64,000 nucleotides of DNA from a virus. The notes under the pieces are model-generated. The model was not told where the DNA came from, made no database searches, and worked only from the letters and a program-made list of their open reading frames with translations. Where the stretch lies: IMG/VR virus record IMGVR_UViG_3300034684_000299, positions 32,001-96,000 of that record; one strand, written 5' to 3'. Below, piece by piece: positions 20,263-30,385 of the stretch; within the stretch, counting starts at the first letter, position 1, and every line of letters begins with the position of its first letter. The position numbers were made by a program, and so were the translations under genes.

Positions 20263-21167
20263 AAGTAGTTGATGAACTTTTGCAAAGTTGGTACCTACCA
20301 ATGGTAGGAAAAATTAAAACAGGTATGAAAGTTTCAAAAGACGGTGTCACTCGCCCTCAAAAATTCGATCATTTTGTAATCTTATCGGTTGCCAAAGATG
20401 GAAAGTTTGAAAACAAAGTGCATGAAATTTTCAATACTTTGTATTCGAAAAAGCAAGCATTACCTATTACGTTCCCGTCAGATAACATTAAAGATATTTT
20501 TTCTGTCCATTATGGAGTCTTCGCTGGTAGCACCCGAATATGTTTTGGGGATGGAGAAACATACAAAAGAGATATTAAAGGGCAACAAAGCACCGGAGTA
20601 TGTGATTATAAAAACTGTGAGTTTGGTAAACAACACAAATGCAAAATGAATATGACATTGAAAGTTTTACTTCGCAATCCTGAACATAATACGGTTTATT
20701 CTGGTGGATATTTTGTATTCAACAGTTCAGGATTCAAAACCATTGATACAATAGCTAAAAATTTAAAAATGGCTAAGGATATTTATGGATATTTAGCAGG
20801 ATTACCAGCATTTCTAATAATGGAAAATGATTCTGCTAAATTAGAAAAAGACGGGAAGGAATTCATTACAAGATATTATTATGAAAGAATAGAAATTGAA
20901 GTACCTCTAGACAATATAAAAGGCAAAACATTGATAAAGAACAATTACAATAACGATAGCAACCCTTTTGAAGCTGACGAAGTAGAAAGTAAAAATTATC
21001 CACCTAAAAACAATCCTTATCAAACATCATCACAAGTTCAAAAAGAAAGATCTGTTAATAGAGTAGCTAATCCGGCCGCAAACAAAAAAGTCGTAAATCA
21101 GGATACGGATTTTGATTTACCCATTTTTGAAGATGATCCGTTTGCCGATATTGATGAAATTGAATAA
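20259..21167 (+). CDS. Recombination directionality factor-like / ssDNA annealing-type protein
   Basis: N-terminal GKIKTG..RPQKFDHFVI, Cys cluster C..C..C..C, acidic C-tail typical of ssDNA-binding/annealing proteins. Confidence 0.5.
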   Translation: MKVVDELLQSWYLPMVGKIKTGMKVSKDGVTRPQKFDHFVILSVAKDGKFENKVHEIFNTLYSKKQALPITFPSDNIKDIFSVHYGVFAGSTRICFGDGETYKRDIKGQQSTGVCDYKNCEFGKQHKCKMNMTLKVLLRNPEHNTVYSGGYFVFNSSGFKTIDTIAKNLKMAKDIYGYLAGLPAFLIMENDSAKLEKDGKEFITRYYYERIEIEVPLDNIKGKTLIKNNYNNDSNPFEADEVESKNYPPKNNPYQTSSQVQKERSVNRVANPAANKKVVNQDTDFDLPIFEDDPFADIDEIE

Positions 21168-21197
21168 AAATAATTATTAATAAAAGGAGGAATAAAA

Positions 21198-22367
21198 ATG
21201 ACTCTGCGTGCACAATCTGCAAGTAGTATAAAAACAGCACAATGTTTGGAAGCATTCAAATTAATATATATAGACCGAATAACCAAATTTGAAGCTGGAA
21301 TAGCAGCCCAAGTTGGTGGCGTTGTTCATAAGATTCATGAAGTATATTTCAACAAAGTTGTAAAAGAAAACGATACAAACAAACACGATTTGAATACTTT
21401 CAAACAATCTATAGACGAAGTTTTATCAACAATCGCAGACGAAAATTTAAAATCAGAAGTAATATCTGTAGTTGAAGATTTAGATCCAAGAGATTATTTG
21501 CCAGAAATAGCTTTTACCAAAGGAACTCCAGAATTAAAAATAGCTGTTAACGACAAGTTAGAAAAATGTGATTTCTTTGACCCTAATGCATTTGCTAGAG
21601 GAATCATAGATGTACATTGGTTTGATAATAATACGTTATATGTTTTAGATTATAAAACTAATGCTCAAAAGAACGCCGATGTCGCTCAATTGGATTTCTA
21701 TGCTTGGTTGACTTATGAATATTATAAAAATGATGAAGATGTCGATTTTGATAATATTGTTTTGTTGTTTGCTTATTTAAAGCATCCTAATCCTTTAGAA
21801 GAGATGCGTAAATATACATTAGATGAAATAGAAGACAAAATAAAATTCAACATTCTTTCTGAGATTGATAAAATAAACAATGCTAAAGAGTTCCCGCCCA
21901 ATCCTTCTCCTGATAGATGTAGATTCTGCCCAGTATCTTATGCGTGTTCCTTGTTAACTGATTTGAGCAGAACACCCATGAAATCCCCAGATCAAATTAC
22001 AGAAGAAGATGCTGTTAAGTATGCTCAAATTTATATTGTTGCAGATTCTACTGCTAAACAATTAAAACCTATAATAGAAAAAATTCTTGAAGAGAAAAAT
22101 GAATTGCCTATAGGTGAAGAAACTTTGTATTATAAAACCATAAGTAAAAAAGAACCTCTTAAAGAATATTTTCTTCCGCAACTCAAAAAATTAACTAAGG
22201 ATGAACTAATTGAAGAAATAAAGCTCTCAAATAAACTCATAACTAAATATAAATGGAATGCTCCAGAAGAAGCCTTTCAAGTATCAAGTTATAAAGTTTT
22301 GAGTTCAAGAAAAACAGAACAAAATCAAGAACAATCATCTTTCGAGGAGGGGAAATTGTGGAATTAA
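21198..22367 (+). CDS. PD-(D/E)XK exonuclease (Cas4/AddB/RecB-like)
   Basis: RGIID...VLDYKT; N-terminal Cys plus C-terminal CRFCPVSYAC (Fe-S staple pattern). Confidence 0.8.
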   Translation: MTLRAQSASSIKTAQCLEAFKLIYIDRITKFEAGIAAQVGGVVHKIHEVYFNKVVKENDTNKHDLNTFKQSIDEVLSTIADENLKSEVISVVEDLDPRDYLPEIAFTKGTPELKIAVNDKLEKCDFFDPNAFARGIIDVHWFDNNTLYVLDYKTNAQKNADVAQLDFYAWLTYEYYKNDEDVDFDNIVLLFAYLKHPNPLEEMRKYTLDEIEDKIKFNILSEIDKINNAKEFPPNPSPDRCRFCPVSYACSLLTDLSRTPMKSPDQITEEDAVKYAQIYIVADSTAKQLKPIIEKILEEKNELPIGEETLYYKTISKKEPLKEYFLPQLKKLTKDELIEEIKLSNKLITKYKWNAPEEAFQVSSYKVLSSRKTEQNQEQSSFEEGKLWN

Positions 22368-23287
22368 ATAATAAATATGATGAAAAAGTTTTATGTATAT
22401 CTAAGCAAAGTATTTTTGAAAACAATGAAAAATTAGTTTCTCTAGGAATGAGATTGAAAAAAGATGATCCAAATGTGTTTGCGGTTTTACTCGGAGATAC
22501 TAATTTAGAATATGAATACAAATTTTTAAGTAGACGAGAAGCCGGAGATGACCCAGAATATCCTGTTGCTGCAAGTGATTTGGATTATGTTCAAGTTATC
22601 CCTTATATAATTACAATAGATCGAAAAACACAAAATGTAATTATGGGTGTAAGATCGGATGACTCTACTGAGCAAAGGTTAGCAGGTAAATTAGCTTTAG
22701 GATTGGGAGGCCATATAAACGAAGGAGATGTTGATGGAGCTAAGAATTTTTCTGAAATAATTTTAAATGCAGCAAAGAGAGAATTGTCAGAAGAGTTAGA
22801 AGGATTTCAATACAGTAAAATAGAATTCTATCCATGGTTTGATTCTGAAGACGCCAAAAAGAATTTCCTTGTATTCTTTTATGATTTAAGTGAAGAGGTT
22901 TCAAAATTTCATTTAGGAGTTCTAATGCTTGCTGAAATAGATAGAGATGACGATAGTGAATTAGTATTTGCAGAAGGAAAAGATTTGATATATTTATTTC
23001 CTGATTTTCTTTCAGAAAAATCATTGGATGTAGACGAAGTATTAGAACGTATGCAATATTCTTATGATAAAGTCAATCTTTCGGAAGAATACATCTTGGG
23101 TTTTAATTATTTGAAAATGCCTTCGGCATATGATGCATTGGAATTATTAACTTCGTCTAAGTATCAAGTAGAAATTGAAGGATGGACAAAAGTAGCTGCA
23201 AAAATATTGTCCGACTTACCTAACCAGTTAGAGAACTTAAGATATATAGCTAAGTATAATAAAATAATTAAAAAATTGAATCTGTGA
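22358..23287 (+). CDS. NUDIX-family phosphoesterase (putative)
   Basis: LGLGGHINEGD...AAKRELSEEL Nudix box variant. Confidence 0.7.
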   Translation: MELNNKYDEKVLCISKQSIFENNEKLVSLGMRLKKDDPNVFAVLLGDTNLEYEYKFLSRREAGDDPEYPVAASDLDYVQVIPYIITIDRKTQNVIMGVRSDDSTEQRLAGKLALGLGGHINEGDVDGAKNFSEIILNAAKRELSEELEGFQYSKIEFYPWFDSEDAKKNFLVFFYDLSEEVSKFHLGVLMLAEIDRDDDSELVFAEGKDLIYLFPDFLSEKSLDVDEVLERMQYSYDKVNLSEEYILGFNYLKMPSAYDALELLTSSKYQVEIEGWTKVAAKILSDLPNQLENLRYIAKYNKIIKKLNL

Positions 23288-23315
23288 ATTCATAAGAAAG
23301 GAGACGAAAAAACTA

Positions 23316-24068
23316 ATGCGTGTTTTGCCTTATCGACCATCTTTTTATCTTAATGATTTTATGTTTGAAAAAGTAGATGTATATATCAATGAAACTTATG
23401 ATCTAGAAGAATATATTAATTTTATAATTTATGACAATGGATACATTAAATTGAAAGGTATTCCTGAAAAAAGACGCCCACCGGATGTGATATACCCAAA
23501 AGCAAAGTCCATATACAACGGAGCTAAAACGCTTGCAGCTTGGTATACTATATATAAAAGATATAAAGATTCTTATAGAGAATTTTTAAGTTCCAAATTA
23601 GATAAAACAATAGCATCGTTAGCCGTTGAAAAACCTGACATTTGGGTATTTAACAATGGGTTGTTTGATTTAAGTAATAGAATAGCTAGAAGATTAAGAG
23701 AAGAATACATTGATTTCTTTCCAAAATACTTTTGGAATACATACCATGAAACATTAGACAAATTGTTGAAATATCAAAGTGAAGAATTTTACGACCATAT
23801 AGTAAATTTTTCAAGTTTATCATCCATTATAGATTTATTCTCAGCAGATTTCAAAAGAAACGTTTTGTATTTCAATCTATCGGTTTTAAAACACGATAGT
23901 CGCGGGCTCAAAGACCAAAAATCAGTATTCGTATTGGATACAAAAAAAGGAGAAGTTTTATTCCCAGAATATTCTAATATTGTTTCAAAACAAACTTATT
24001 CATTAGTAGATGCTAAACTAAGGTTTTCAGATTTAAAAACGAAAGCTGAATACTCTGCAATAAACTAA
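23316..24068 (+). CDS. Hypothetical protein
   Basis: ORF track; SD AAAGGAG. Confidence 0.65.
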   Translation: MRVLPYRPSFYLNDFMFEKVDVYINETYDLEEYINFIIYDNGYIKLKGIPEKRRPPDVIYPKAKSIYNGAKTLAAWYTIYKRYKDSYREFLSSKLDKTIASLAVEKPDIWVFNNGLFDLSNRIARRLREEYIDFFPKYFWNTYHETLDKLLKYQSEEFYDHIVNFSSLSSIIDLFSADFKRNVLYFNLSVLKHDSRGLKDQKSVFVLDTKKGEVLFPEYSNIVSKQTYSLVDAKLRFSDLKTKAEYSAIN

Positions 24069-24083
24069 CTCATTTTCAAATCA

Positions 24084-24113
24084 AAGCTCCCGTTGCCTCT
24101 GGGAGCTTATTTT
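24084..24113 (+). terminator. Intrinsic terminator
   Basis: aagctccc / gggagctt stem followed by ATTTT. Confidence 0.55.
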
Positions 24114-24142
24114 CTATTATATTTTTAAGGAGGAGAAATAAT

Positions 24143-24532
24143 ATGGCATATAAAGATTTTTATTATGTAGATTCAATTTATGCAAAACCTCAAAAGGAAA
24201 TTACATTAACTGAAAATAAATTAATTTTCAAATCTCAAAACGGAGATAAGAATAAATTAAAAATTGAGAAAGAAATTACTAAAACAGAAGAAATCCAAAA
24301 AGAAATAGATTCATTACTATCAGATTTTTTAAAATTTTTAAAACAATCGGGAACGACTTCCTATTCTTTAGGAGAAGGCCCTGATAATGTTTCAGTAATG
24401 ACTTTTACAACGTATTATGCTAAAATACGTAGTATTGAAATGACCATTAAATTTGATAATAAAAATGATAAGAAAAAATTAGCTCAAAAAATATCTAAAA
24501 TATTACGTGAAAACTCAAAAAAAGCTTCATGA
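24143..24532 (+). CDS. Hypothetical protein
   Basis: ORF track; SD AAGGAGG. Confidence 0.65.
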   Translation: MAYKDFYYVDSIYAKPQKEITLTENKLIFKSQNGDKNKLKIEKEITKTEEIQKEIDSLLSDFLKFLKQSGTTSYSLGEGPDNVSVMTFTTYYAKIRSIEMTIKFDNKNDKKKLAQKISKILRENSKKAS

Positions 24533-24547
24533 GAAGGAGGAACAATT

Positions 24548-25000
24548 ATGAGTTTATTATTTTTAATGAAAAAAAATAACGTCTATACCTTCTATAATTT
24601 TGCTCTAACTAAAAAATATGAATATGTTGTATATTATGGCATGACAAAAAAAATACCACCAAAGAAATGGAAAGTAGTTATAGATAAATCTATTACTAGC
24701 ATTATATCTGCAATTCCATTTGATGCCAGAAATTTTCTTGCTGGTTCTATTTATGATATTCTAATTAGCGAAGATTATGAAATAGATATTTTCTATAAAA
24801 TGGAAGATTATGATATATCTATTAGAATTGACGGTATGTATAATGACCCAGATAATCATGAAGAGGAAAAAATATTTGTAAAAAAAGTGCGTACCTTTCT
24901 TCGAAGAATTTATAACGAATTGCATGCTGAAACATATGCATCATTAAAGAATGGGAGGAATGATTATTATGCTACTAGAAGTAGAAATAAGAAACGGTAA
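24548..25000 (+). CDS. Hypothetical protein
   Basis: ORF track; SD AAGGAGG. Confidence 0.65.
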   Translation: MSLLFLMKKNNVYTFYNFALTKKYEYVVYYGMTKKIPPKKWKVVIDKSITSIISAIPFDARNFLAGSIYDILISEDYEIDIFYKMEDYDISIRIDGMYNDPDNHEEEKIFVKKVRTFLRRIYNELHAETYASLKNGRNDYYATRSRNKKR

Positions 25001-25190
25001 AAGAATAGAAACCATATATATGGATGAGAACAAAGTAATCATGAGGGGGAATTATTTGAAAGATCCTCCTCATGATATTGATGATTTAATAAATAGAATC
25101 AAAAATAATTTAATTTCTCCATCTGTACAAATATATTATAATGGATTTTCTATCAAAGGTAAGAATGGATATGTTAGATATTTTTATTGA
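24969..25190 (+). CDS. Hypothetical protein (start moved from 24951)
   Basis: SD GGAGG at 24954-24958 precedes ATG 24969. Confidence 0.5.
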   Translation: MLLEVEIRNGKRIETIYMDENKVIMRGNYLKDPPHDIDDLINRIKNNLISPSVQIYYNGFSIKGKNGYVRYFY

Positions 25191-25470
25191 TAGTTGGACG
25201 TTCAGCTGAATTAACTATAATTAATTCATCTTTAGGACCTTTATGCAAGTACAAATAGCCCGGTTTTTTAAACATTATTCTGTAATTGGTTGTTCCAAGA
25301 CCGGGCATTTCTTTTATCTTAAAACTTCCTACCCCTTGAACTCTAAATTCTTTATGCTTTATCATTTCATCCCAAAAAATGTCTTTAAATACTTCCATTA
25401 CTTTTTTTACATCTTCATAATCAAGATTAGTTCTTTTAGCTATGGTATTCAACATTTCTTTGTGCAACAT
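25174..25470 (-). CDS. HU/IHF-like DNA-binding protein
   Basis: M.HKEMLNTIAKRTNL..EDVKKV...F...EFRVQGVGSF matches the HU fold pattern. Confidence 0.75.
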   Translation of the reverse strand: MLHKEMLNTIAKRTNLDYEDVKKVMEVFKDIFWDEMIKHKEFRVQGVGSFKIKEMPGLGTTNYRIMFKKPGYLYLHKGPKDELIIVNSAERPTINKNI

Positions 25471-25958
25471 TACAATTCCCCTCCAATTTTAAAAAATCTA
25501 TGATAAAAATTCTCTGCTACAGGAATTTCTATTACTTTATAATATTTAGTAAAAATATCTTGTGGCGTTTTACCTGCTGCTTCTAATTCTGATAATCTTT
25601 TTTTTGTTATATAAAACACTGCTTTATCAGATAAATCTCTTTCTCCAGCTATATATTTTTCTAATTCTCTATCTGCTATAAGCCCACACTGTATAAATTT
25701 TTCAACATCATAAGCTTTAGTAAGATGAATATTAGGTTTGTTCCAAGCATCAAAGTTTTTTGCAATCCCTCTTGGATCAGCTTTACCCTCTTTTCCACCT
25801 GTCCTATCAAACATGAATGCAGGATAAGATAGTTCATTTAAAAATACGTCTGCTATCATGGCTTTTTCCTCATCTGGACATATGGAAGCTTCTCCAAACA
25901 CTATTATTTGCAGTATTTTACTTATTTCTTTGTAATCGTTTCTATCACTATCTGACAT
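25470..25958 (-). CDS. SleB-like cell-wall hydrolase (Hydrolase_2), candidate endolysin
   Basis: IIVFGEA...EKAMIADVFLN, AVFY and HRFF resemble SleB catalytic-Glu, GALYF and HYFY motifs. Confidence 0.6.
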   Translation of the reverse strand: MSDSDRNDYKEISKILQIIVFGEASICPDEEKAMIADVFLNELSYPAFMFDRTGGKEGKADPRGIAKNFDAWNKPNIHLTKAYDVEKFIQCGLIADRELEKYIAGERDLSDKAVFYITKKRLSELEAAGKTPQDIFTKYYKVIEIPVAENFYHRFFKIGGEL

Positions 25959-25999
25959 AATGTTGTAACCTCCTAAGTATTATTATTTCTACTTTTCGC

Positions 26000-26028
26000 T
26001 TGATTAAAAGCTAAAAATCTGATATAAT
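26000..26028 (+). promoter_or_regulatory. Sigma70-type promoter TTGATT-17-TATAAT (extended TG)
   Basis: Consensus match upstream of dnaB. Confidence 0.7.
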
Positions 26029-26070
26029 TGAAGCAATGAGAACTGGTGCTTCAAAAGGGGGAAAACTCAA

Positions 26071-27435
26071 TTGCATTCCAACATTGAACAACAAATTTAC
26101 TCAGATGAAGAACAATTGATCACAGTTATATTATACAACTTCAAGAAGAATATGCCAGTAGTAGCTAACATCGTAACCCCAGATATGTTTTTGAACGAGA
26201 ACTATAAACGTATCTATGAATCGCTTCTCCTCGAATTTACGAAAGATCCAGATATACCATTAAAACAAGCCCTGAGTTATCACAATATCGGTATAGATTG
26301 GGACAAAATCACTAAGATAATAAACGAATTTTATTTCTCAATCAACAATGAAGAGGAAGAAGAAATAAAACAAATAGCACTTAAAGTAGCTGACCATGCA
26401 AAAGCAAGAAAACTCGTAAAAATGGTTAATGATTCAGCTCAAGAATTATCTAAAGGTGCATTAATAGATACAGTTAAAGATCATGTAACTAAAATCTTTA
26501 ACGAAATGAATAGAGAGATAAATCTTATTTCTCTCACTTCCCTCAACGAAAACTTATCGAAATTCCTTCAGGAATATGAATTCAAAGAAAAAATTATCAA
26601 AGAAGATCCAAATGCTTCCTTATTAGCTGGCGATTCTACAGGCTTCAAAATAATTGACCTGTGGACTTATGGGTTAAAAAAACAGGAACTTTGGATCATA
26701 GCAGGACGTCCTTCTATGGGAAAAACAGCACTTGGATTGAGAATAGCTTTTTTAGCTACGCAAAAATCACAGCAACCATGTTTATTTATATCTTTAGAAA
26801 CATCTGATGTTAATTTAGCTAAAAGATTAGTAATTATGGAATCACAAATTTCAAATGCTAAAATTTCCGAAGGCAATTTAACACCCGAGGAAAAAGAAAA
26901 GATGATACATTACATTACTTTGCTTGAAAATACTCCCCTGTATTTCTTAGATACAGGCTCAATAACCCCCAACGTTATTCGAAACGTCATAATTCAATTC
27001 AACGAACGTCATAGTAAACCTATACGTTATGTGTTCATAGATTACCTTCAACTTCTCAAGTCAGATGATAGAATTAGAAACAGACAAGAAGAAGTCAGTT
27101 CAATATCACGAGAGTTAAAACTTATTGCTAAAGAGTTTAACTTAACAGTTGTGGCCTTATCTCAATTAAGTAGAGAAGTTGAAAAAAGGCCAGATAACAG
27201 ACCTAAAATGTCGGATCTCAGAGAATCCGGAGCTATTGAACAAGACGCAGATATAATTTTGATGTTGTACAGAGAAGAATATTATTTATCGAAAAAAGAA
27301 CAAAGAGCAGAAAAACCACAAAGTTTAACCGAAATTATTCAAGTTAAATTCAAAGAAGGGGGTACAGGAACCTATCATCTCGCATTTGAACCTGAATTTA
27401 TGAGGTTCTCCCCATATGTAGATGATGAGGTTTAA
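26071..27435 (+). CDS. dnaB: Replicative DNA helicase
   Basis: AGRPSMGKT, FIDYLQL, LSQLSR, DLRESGAIEQDAD. Confidence 0.95.
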   Translation: MHSNIEQQIYSDEEQLITVILYNFKKNMPVVANIVTPDMFLNENYKRIYESLLLEFTKDPDIPLKQALSYHNIGIDWDKITKIINEFYFSINNEEEEEIKQIALKVADHAKARKLVKMVNDSAQELSKGALIDTVKDHVTKIFNEMNREINLISLTSLNENLSKFLQEYEFKEKIIKEDPNASLLAGDSTGFKIIDLWTYGLKKQELWIIAGRPSMGKTALGLRIAFLATQKSQQPCLFISLETSDVNLAKRLVIMESQISNAKISEGNLTPEEKEKMIHYITLLENTPLYFLDTGSITPNVIRNVIIQFNERHSKPIRYVFIDYLQLLKSDDRIRNRQEEVSSISRELKLIAKEFNLTVVALSQLSREVEKRPDNRPKMSDLRESGAIEQDADIILMLYREEYYLSKKEQRAEKPQSLTEIIQVKFKEGGTGTYHLAFEPEFMRFSPYVDDEV

Positions 27436-27493
27436 CTTCCGAATTCCTTCCCCAAAAATTTGATTTCCTAATTTCTAAAGAAAGGAGGAAAAG

Positions 27494-28405
27494 GTGCTTT
27501 TGTTTGAAATTATTCCGCACCTAATGTTTATGGTGGATAACAAGAATGAACGTATACCTTACAATATAAGATGTCCAGCCGAATGGGAACAATTAAAAAG
27601 CCCTATGAAACGTCTTATTAAGCAGTTTGAAACCACAGAATATTTTACTGATGACCAATTTAAATATATAAACAAAAGCATAGAATATTTAAAAACTAAA
27701 CTTCAAGATCCATTAGATAACGAAGCTATTATTAATCTTCTAATACCTTCCCTAAAACAAAGTCAAAAAGAATATAGTAGTATTAAAGAACTTTGGACTA
27801 AAACAATTAAGTACCTTCTGGAAAAATTCCCCGATTCCCCTTATTATAAGCAACAAGTTATTTACTCCATTTCAAGGCAGAATAATCAGAAAATAAAAAA
27901 GTTAAAAGAAGAAAAAGATATAAAAAGGGTTCCATATAAAAAGATTGTTGATTTATTTCAAAAAGTATTACCTAATTTCACCGTTGTTTTGACTAAAAAA
28001 GGTGAATTACCTTACAAAACTAAACAAAAAATCAAAATCACATGGCTGGAATATCAAAACTTTGATGATTGGAGTAAGGTTTTCGAAAAAGTCAAACAAA
28101 GTGAGTTTTTAACTAAAAAATGGAAACCTGATTTTGATTGGATAATAGAAATAAACAATTTCAGGAATATTTTAAATGGTAAATATGACAATATAACTAA
28201 CGTTGAAAAAAGCAAATTGACAAATAGGTATCAAAAAATCAATTCACAAAATACTGTTTCTTTAAATATCCCTAATTATTTAAAAAAGTTCATAAGGGAT
28301 AATACTTTGTATTTAAATGAACTTCGGAATTTTTCTAACGATGAAACTCTCATTAAACTAGCAGTGGAAAAAGCGAAGGAATATAATTTTAGTATTAAAG
28401 ATTAA
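27494..28405 (+). CDS. Phage replication initiator / replisome organiser (putative)
   Basis: C-terminal FLTKKWKPDFDWIIEINNFRNILNGKYDN pattern; lies between DnaB and the loader. Confidence 0.55.
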   Translation: MLLFEIIPHLMFMVDNKNERIPYNIRCPAEWEQLKSPMKRLIKQFETTEYFTDDQFKYINKSIEYLKTKLQDPLDNEAIINLLIPSLKQSQKEYSSIKELWTKTIKYLLEKFPDSPYYKQQVIYSISRQNNQKIKKLKEEKDIKRVPYKKIVDLFQKVLPNFTVVLTKKGELPYKTKQKIKITWLEYQNFDDWSKVFEKVKQSEFLTKKWKPDFDWIIEINNFRNILNGKYDNITNVEKSKLTNRYQKINSQNTVSLNIPNYLKKFIRDNTLYLNELRNFSNDETLIKLAVEKAKEYNFSIKD

Positions 28406-28426
28406 TTTTTTGCGGGAGGGGAATTA

Positions 28427-29188
28427 ATGGATAGAACAACTTTAGAAAAAATTGTTGAAAGTATAAAATCAAAACCTAATCTACGTTTATCAAATTATGA
28501 AGCCGCTATTGAACATATGAAACAAGAAAACTATTCATGTTTTGATACTTGTAATAAAATGTTTTTCCCAAAAGATGATATTCTTATTAAATGTCCTATA
28601 GCTACAAAAAGAGAAACAATTAGAAACAAAGAAGGGCATTTACCTTTAAGAACCAAAGAAATGTCTTTTGAAACATTTGATGTAAATAGAAATCCAGATG
28701 CCTTTTATCAATGTAAATTCTTTGTCGAAGATTATAAACAAAATCAAGATATTAATCTAATTTTATATGGTGATTTAGGTACTGGTAAGACACATTTAGC
28801 TATAAGTATTATGAAAGAGTTATTATATTTTTCAAATTTTGATAATATCGAATTTGAAGTTTTTACTAATTCGTATGAATTTCTGAAAGATACAGAAAGA
28901 TTAGAAAGGTTAAAAAATTGTGATTTATTGATATTAGATGATTTGGGAGCATTCCCACTAAATAACTGGGCTCTTGAAACCCTATACGATATAATTGATT
29001 GGAGATATAAAAATAAATTGAGCCATGTTATAACAACCAACATAGGTGTTGAAGCTGAGAGTTCTGAAGAATTTATAAATATATTCAGTAATCAATTAGA
29101 CCCTAGAATTACCAGTAGATTATTGCATAACTCCAATATAGTCAAATTAGAAGGATTAGATTCTAGACTAATAGGAGCTGATGAGTAA
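28427..29188 (+). CDS. DnaC/IstB-like AAA+ helicase loader
   Basis: GDLGTGKTHLA, LLILDDLG, ITTN, RITSRL. Confidence 0.85.
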   Translation: MDRTTLEKIVESIKSKPNLRLSNYEAAIEHMKQENYSCFDTCNKMFFPKDDILIKCPIATKRETIRNKEGHLPLRTKEMSFETFDVNRNPDAFYQCKFFVEDYKQNQDINLILYGDLGTGKTHLAISIMKELLYFSNFDNIEFEVFTNSYEFLKDTERLERLKNCDLLILDDLGAFPLNNWALETLYDIIDWRYKNKLSHVITTNIGVEAESSEEFINIFSNQLDPRITSRLLHNSNIVKLEGLDSRLIGADE

Positions 29189-29706
29189 TGTACTTTCTAA
29201 ACACTTATCTTGAATATTTGCAAAGAGTATCACGCACCTATGTTTTCCCTGAGTACAAATTAGGAATTCATCGTGTTTTCTTTTTTGAAAATTTTTCTCA
29301 GTCTGAAAGAAAGATAATATTTATAACTCATACCTATCAAACATATGAAAGTTATTCATTATTAATACCGTTTGATTCATATGAAGAGTACAAAAAAATC
29401 ATGTTCAATTTGAAAAAATTATTATCTCCTGCTACATACAAGTTTTTGCTATCAACATCACAACTTTTTTTCAAAAACAACGACGCAGGATATAACCTGA
29501 CTTTATTGATCGCTAATTTTGATTTTGTACCGGGATTATCTGTTTTTGATAGAAGTGCTATGCCCTTAAATACTTCGACTAAAGATATAGACGATTTAGT
29601 TTTCCTATTTAATAAGTTAAAGGGCAATTCCGAATATCAAATCAACAATTCTCAAAAAAAATCAAACAAAGAGGGGGGCTTAATATTCAGTTTGAAAGGG
29701 AACTAA
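29188..29706 (+). CDS. Hypothetical protein
   Basis: ORF track; coupled to the upstream stop codon. Confidence 0.55.
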   Translation: MYFLNTYLEYLQRVSRTYVFPEYKLGIHRVFFFENFSQSERKIIFITHTYQTYESYSLLIPFDSYEEYKKIMFNLKKLLSPATYKFLLSTSQLFFKNNDAGYNLTLLIANFDFVPGLSVFDRSAMPLNTSTKDIDDLVFLFNKLKGNSEYQINNSQKKSNKEGGLIFSLKGN

Positions 29707-29714
29707 TAATAGAG

Positions 29715-30110
29715 ATGGATAAAGTACCTGTTTCAGTCAACTCTGCTTATAAAAGAGCAAAATTATCTTCAGGGAAACAAGGAATGTATATGACAAAAAA
29801 TGCTAAAAAGTATAAGGAAGAGTTAGCATGGATGGCTAAAGAAGTAGTTAAAAATAACAAATGGAAACTATTTGATGAAGAGCGGTTTTTCTTCGTTGAC
29901 CTTTATTATACATTCAAATCAAAACGATTTGTGGACCCAAACAACACCCATAAAATTACATTGGACGCATTAGAAGGAATAGTATTTGATAACGATAAGT
30001 GGGCTTTAACTCGTGATATGGGAGCTAAATTCGGTAAAAGAGAACATTTTACAATAGTTATAAGAATACCAGAAAATACTTATAAGGAGGTTATTGCCGA
30101 TGTTTACTAA
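29715..30110 (+). CDS. rusA: RusA-like Holliday junction resolvase
   Basis: PVSVN, DPNNTHKITLDALEGIVFDNDK catalytic Asp/Lys pattern. Confidence 0.8.
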   Translation: MDKVPVSVNSAYKRAKLSSGKQGMYMTKNAKKYKEELAWMAKEVVKNNKWKLFDEERFFFVDLYYTFKSKRFVDPNNTHKITLDALEGIVFDNDKWALTRDMGAKFGKREHFTIVIRIPENTYKEVIADVY

Positions 30111-30324
30111 GCTTGAATTATTGGAACTTGCTAAAGTGCTTGATGAGGAATATTTGAATAATAAGTTTCAAGAAAGAGAAAATGTTGGAAAGTTTTTTCA
30201 TTCAAGAGAATTATTGGAAGAAATTGAGAAAGATATAGTTAAAGCACAGGAATTACATAAATTAATTGATGAATTAATAGAATATTTTGAAATAGAACCT
30301 TATATAGAGAAAAAAATCATATAA
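30100..30324 (+). CDS. Hypothetical protein (start moved from 30094)
   Basis: SD AAGGAGGT 8 nt before ATG 30100. Confidence 0.6.
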   Translation: MFTKLELLELAKVLDEEYLNNKFQERENVGKFFHSRELLEEIEKDIVKAQELHKLIDELIEYFEIEPYIEKKII

Positions 30325-30359
30325 TTACCCGCCACGCTAACATACGAACCTCCTCCTAT

Positions 30360-30383
30360 CCCGCCTTCACGGGCGGGTTTTTT
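30360..30383 (+). terminator. Intrinsic terminator of the replication operon
   Basis: cccgcc-ttcacg-ggcggg followed by TTTTTT. Confidence 0.8.
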
Positions 30384-30385
30384 CC

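Noticed and set aside
27494-28405. Iteron-type origin within the initiator gene
   Set aside because: No convincing direct repeats were seen beyond A-rich coding sequence.
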